64,000 nucleotides of DNA from Camelus dromedarius (Eukaryota), in NCBI RefSeq assembly GCF_036321535.1, contig NC_087445.1:10170001-10234000 (forward strand), given 5' to 3'. The notes under the pieces were generated by a model. It did not search any database. It was not told the origin of the DNA and saw only the letters and a list, made by a program, of their open reading frames with translations. The position numbers and the translations under genes are program-made. Shown in pieces: positions 61,221 to 64,000 of the stretch. How positions within the stretch are numbered: position 1 is the first letter of the stretch; each line of letters opens with the position of its first letter.

Positions 61221-64000
61221 CACATTTCCTATTTAATTTCGATTCTCATTTCCAAACTTGTATTTTGAAAAGTTCCATATTATTATGTTTAAAATATCCC
61301 TAATCATTTTCAGTCTTGTGTTGCTCATTCATTGTGCTATTCTGTTGATCCTAATATGTTGAAATCTTGAGAGTCGAAATTGTGGATTGTTCCTACAGAG
61401 ATAATTTAGTTTGCTCTCCAAAAGGGGCTGGAGGGCACTATTTACCCCTTTTAATATTTTGGCTAAATTTCAGAATTTTATGTTCCTTCTCCTACCTTAC
61501 AGTTGATACAAAGCTCAGTCTTTTAATTATTGGCTGGACACTGGTGTTTCTACCTAGGACAACCCAAGTTTTCTTTCTGTTTATGCCTCACATGTTCGTT
61601 CTGAAGTAGCCGTTTTCTCTTTATTATGCTTTTACTTTTTCGTCTCTTAGAAAAGTCCTCTAGCCACTTGAACATCCATATATGTAATTCGAATAAATTT
61701 TGTGACAATTTAGTCAGAAGCTTGTTATTTTATAGCACCTGTAATAAAATGTTTAGTCATTGCTGATTCATAGAATTTGTCACTGAGTTTCTTGACACAC
61801 AGAATCACATTCAGAACACATTCAAAAAGTGCTAATTGAATTGAAGAGTTAACATACGCATTAAGTAGCATATGTGCCTAAGGGGAAAATATGAATGACT
61901 AGATCTATTATAATCACTTGCACAGAAATGTCATTAGATAAATTAGATTTCAATAAAACTTCATTTCTAGGTGTATTTTGATTCATGATATATAGCAGGG
62001 AAGCAAAAAGGAAATAATGAACAAGTCGTTTGAATAAATTGGATGGAACTTGGTAGAAAAAGCAGGATTAATAGTAAAGATTCCTGGACCAATGAATGCA
62101 TTATCAAATCTGTGAGAAGGGCTTTGCTTTCCAAGATAGAGTAGTGATTTCAGGTCCTTAATAAATGTTAAATACTGAGGCCAAAATACCAAAAGAGAGG
62201 GGTGCAAGGAAGGTCAGGCCAGGAGGGTGTCACAGAAGACAAAGAAAAAGGCATTTACTTACAGCCACCGTGCTTGTAACTTTGAAACATCATGACACTT
62301 ATTCGAGCTGTTCTTCCCTTTATAAGTTCAACTGTTCTTTTAAGTGAGTTCATTATCTTTAACAAACTATTTTGATATAATGATGCCATCTGCCCCATTT
62401 TAGCCTTCTCTCAAATCACAGCAAAGCAATCAGAGTTAATAGAACTTTAAATTATGAATGACCAAGTTCATCCACAATTTGGAAGAGTTATTCCATTCCA
62501 TTTGGGATGGAAATGTAGATTGTTGATCAACAATGCCATTCTTAAACTGTTAAACTGGGCTGTTTAGTATCATTATTACATTCTATAGGGAAAATGATTT
62601 TAACATTTTGAACAAAAGTGTAGCTTCTTGCTTTATATCCATGAGTAAAACCTCAGAAATGGAAAGATTTGCATTATAAGCACAAGAAGAGCAAATACAA
62701 CAATCCCCTTTGCAAAAAAGCTCTTTCTTTGGCTCTTAGGGAGAAACTGGCTTTATTTCTGGAGGCTTGAAAGCATTCTTAAAACAGTATTCATCCCCAG
62801 TCATACTAAACTTCCCTCCTTGCCCATTAGGACTTTCTCGGAGAATAATCTGAGATGAAAATATAGGGCACACCTTGTTTTCATTATCTTCTCTCCTATC
62901 TGTGCCTCACTTATGAAATGCTACGGAAGCCTTAACGTCTTCCCTCCTACCTATCAGGAACCTGCCACGGGGAACAGAACTTGAAAGACTGAGGAGGCAG
63001 CCCTTGTAGATGTGAATACACAACAAAAGGCTTGTCTCTTTCCAGAACGCAAAAAGAGCTGACCCATTTGGGGTTTTCAGCTCGAATATATTGGCTCCCA
63101 AACTAATAGTTCAATTCAGTAGATCAGTCTTAATGCAGATATGGTAAAGAGTTTGGTCCTTTATAATAGGTGATTAACTGCCACGGCCGTTTGGATCTCA
63201 GACAGCAATAAGTACTCAGTGACTGAGCTGGAAATGTCTCATCTAAAAGATAAATCAAGCCATTCATTAATTTATGCCCTTTAAACCCACAAATGTTTTG
63301 TAATTTCTAGATTTTAGGGAAGTTTTAAAAGTCTGGTCTAAAATGCCACAGGCGCATTAGCAGCAACATTTAAAGCCGTTAGAGCCTTCCAGCAGATTGT
63401 ATTATTTATCATGTGCGGGCTCTAGAGGCTAAGAGCAGCTGAAAGGATGGCAGTGCCAACAGCTGAGAATGAAGATTCTCTAAATAAAGGGCCAGTTGCC
63501 GTTTAGCCTGATGTGCAAAGAACTGAAAATGTAGTGGGACTCCTGTGAAAACAGAAATGAGTCCTTCTATCCTTGTGTAACTGAAAGTAGAAATGTTTGT
63601 ACATTATTTCATCAAAGGGTATAATTAAAAATAGATGCTTTCCTCTCCTCAGGAATAAAAAAAACTGATGAACAAATAAGGAACTGAAGAAATATGAAAG
63701 CACATTTTAGATTACAGAGCATTCTGCAAAATGTAGGTTTTTATTATCATTATTAATAACATCATATAAAATAAATGACATTCATATTTATTGAGTGCCA
63801 ATGAATTCCATAAATTTTTAGCAAGTATCTAGACATTTATTTTCAAAGATGGAAAACTGTTTTTAGTTTCTGTAAACCCTTACTTCACTCTGAGGTAAGA
63901 AGCAGTATGTTGAGTATTATGGCACAAAGGTGCATGAAAGAAATAACGAAAATATGGTTCCCAGTTAGCACAATGCTGTTTGTCTAGACACACATGTAAA

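Overview
AT-rich, repeat-dense mammalian DNA. A tRNA-Ala-derived SINE with poly(A) tail and TSD at 53080 resembles the camelid Vic-1 family, and an internally deleted Tigger1 is present, so a camelid (Camelus/Vicugna/Lama) is the likely source. No intact protein-coding gene can be supported: the listed ORFs come from L1, ERV or simple-repeat sequence, or are short chance frames. Much of the window is decayed L1, L2, MIR, LTR/ERVL and Tigger/Charlie elements. All family names were assigned by recognition and need RepeatMasker/Dfam confirmation. The standout structure is a ~6 kb compound array (7537-13600): a degenerate tRNA/SINE head, (GGCA)10, ~340 perfect GGAGAGTA units, two successive classes of higher-order units alternating GGAGAGTA blocks with (TTTC)n blocks, and a terminal CT tract. 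Substitutions occur only in its right-hand part. Its minus strand is stop-free for ~1,600 codons and reads (YSPTLLLS)n alternating with KKER-type blocks. An assembly artefact cannot be excluded. Other observations are tailless 5' fragments of U6 (perfect 16-bp TSD) and U2 snRNA inside L1 ORF2 copies, a templated-insertion repair scar in a nested L1, possible decayed exons near 4.4 and 7 kb, and a candidate non-repeat enhancer near 63 kb.
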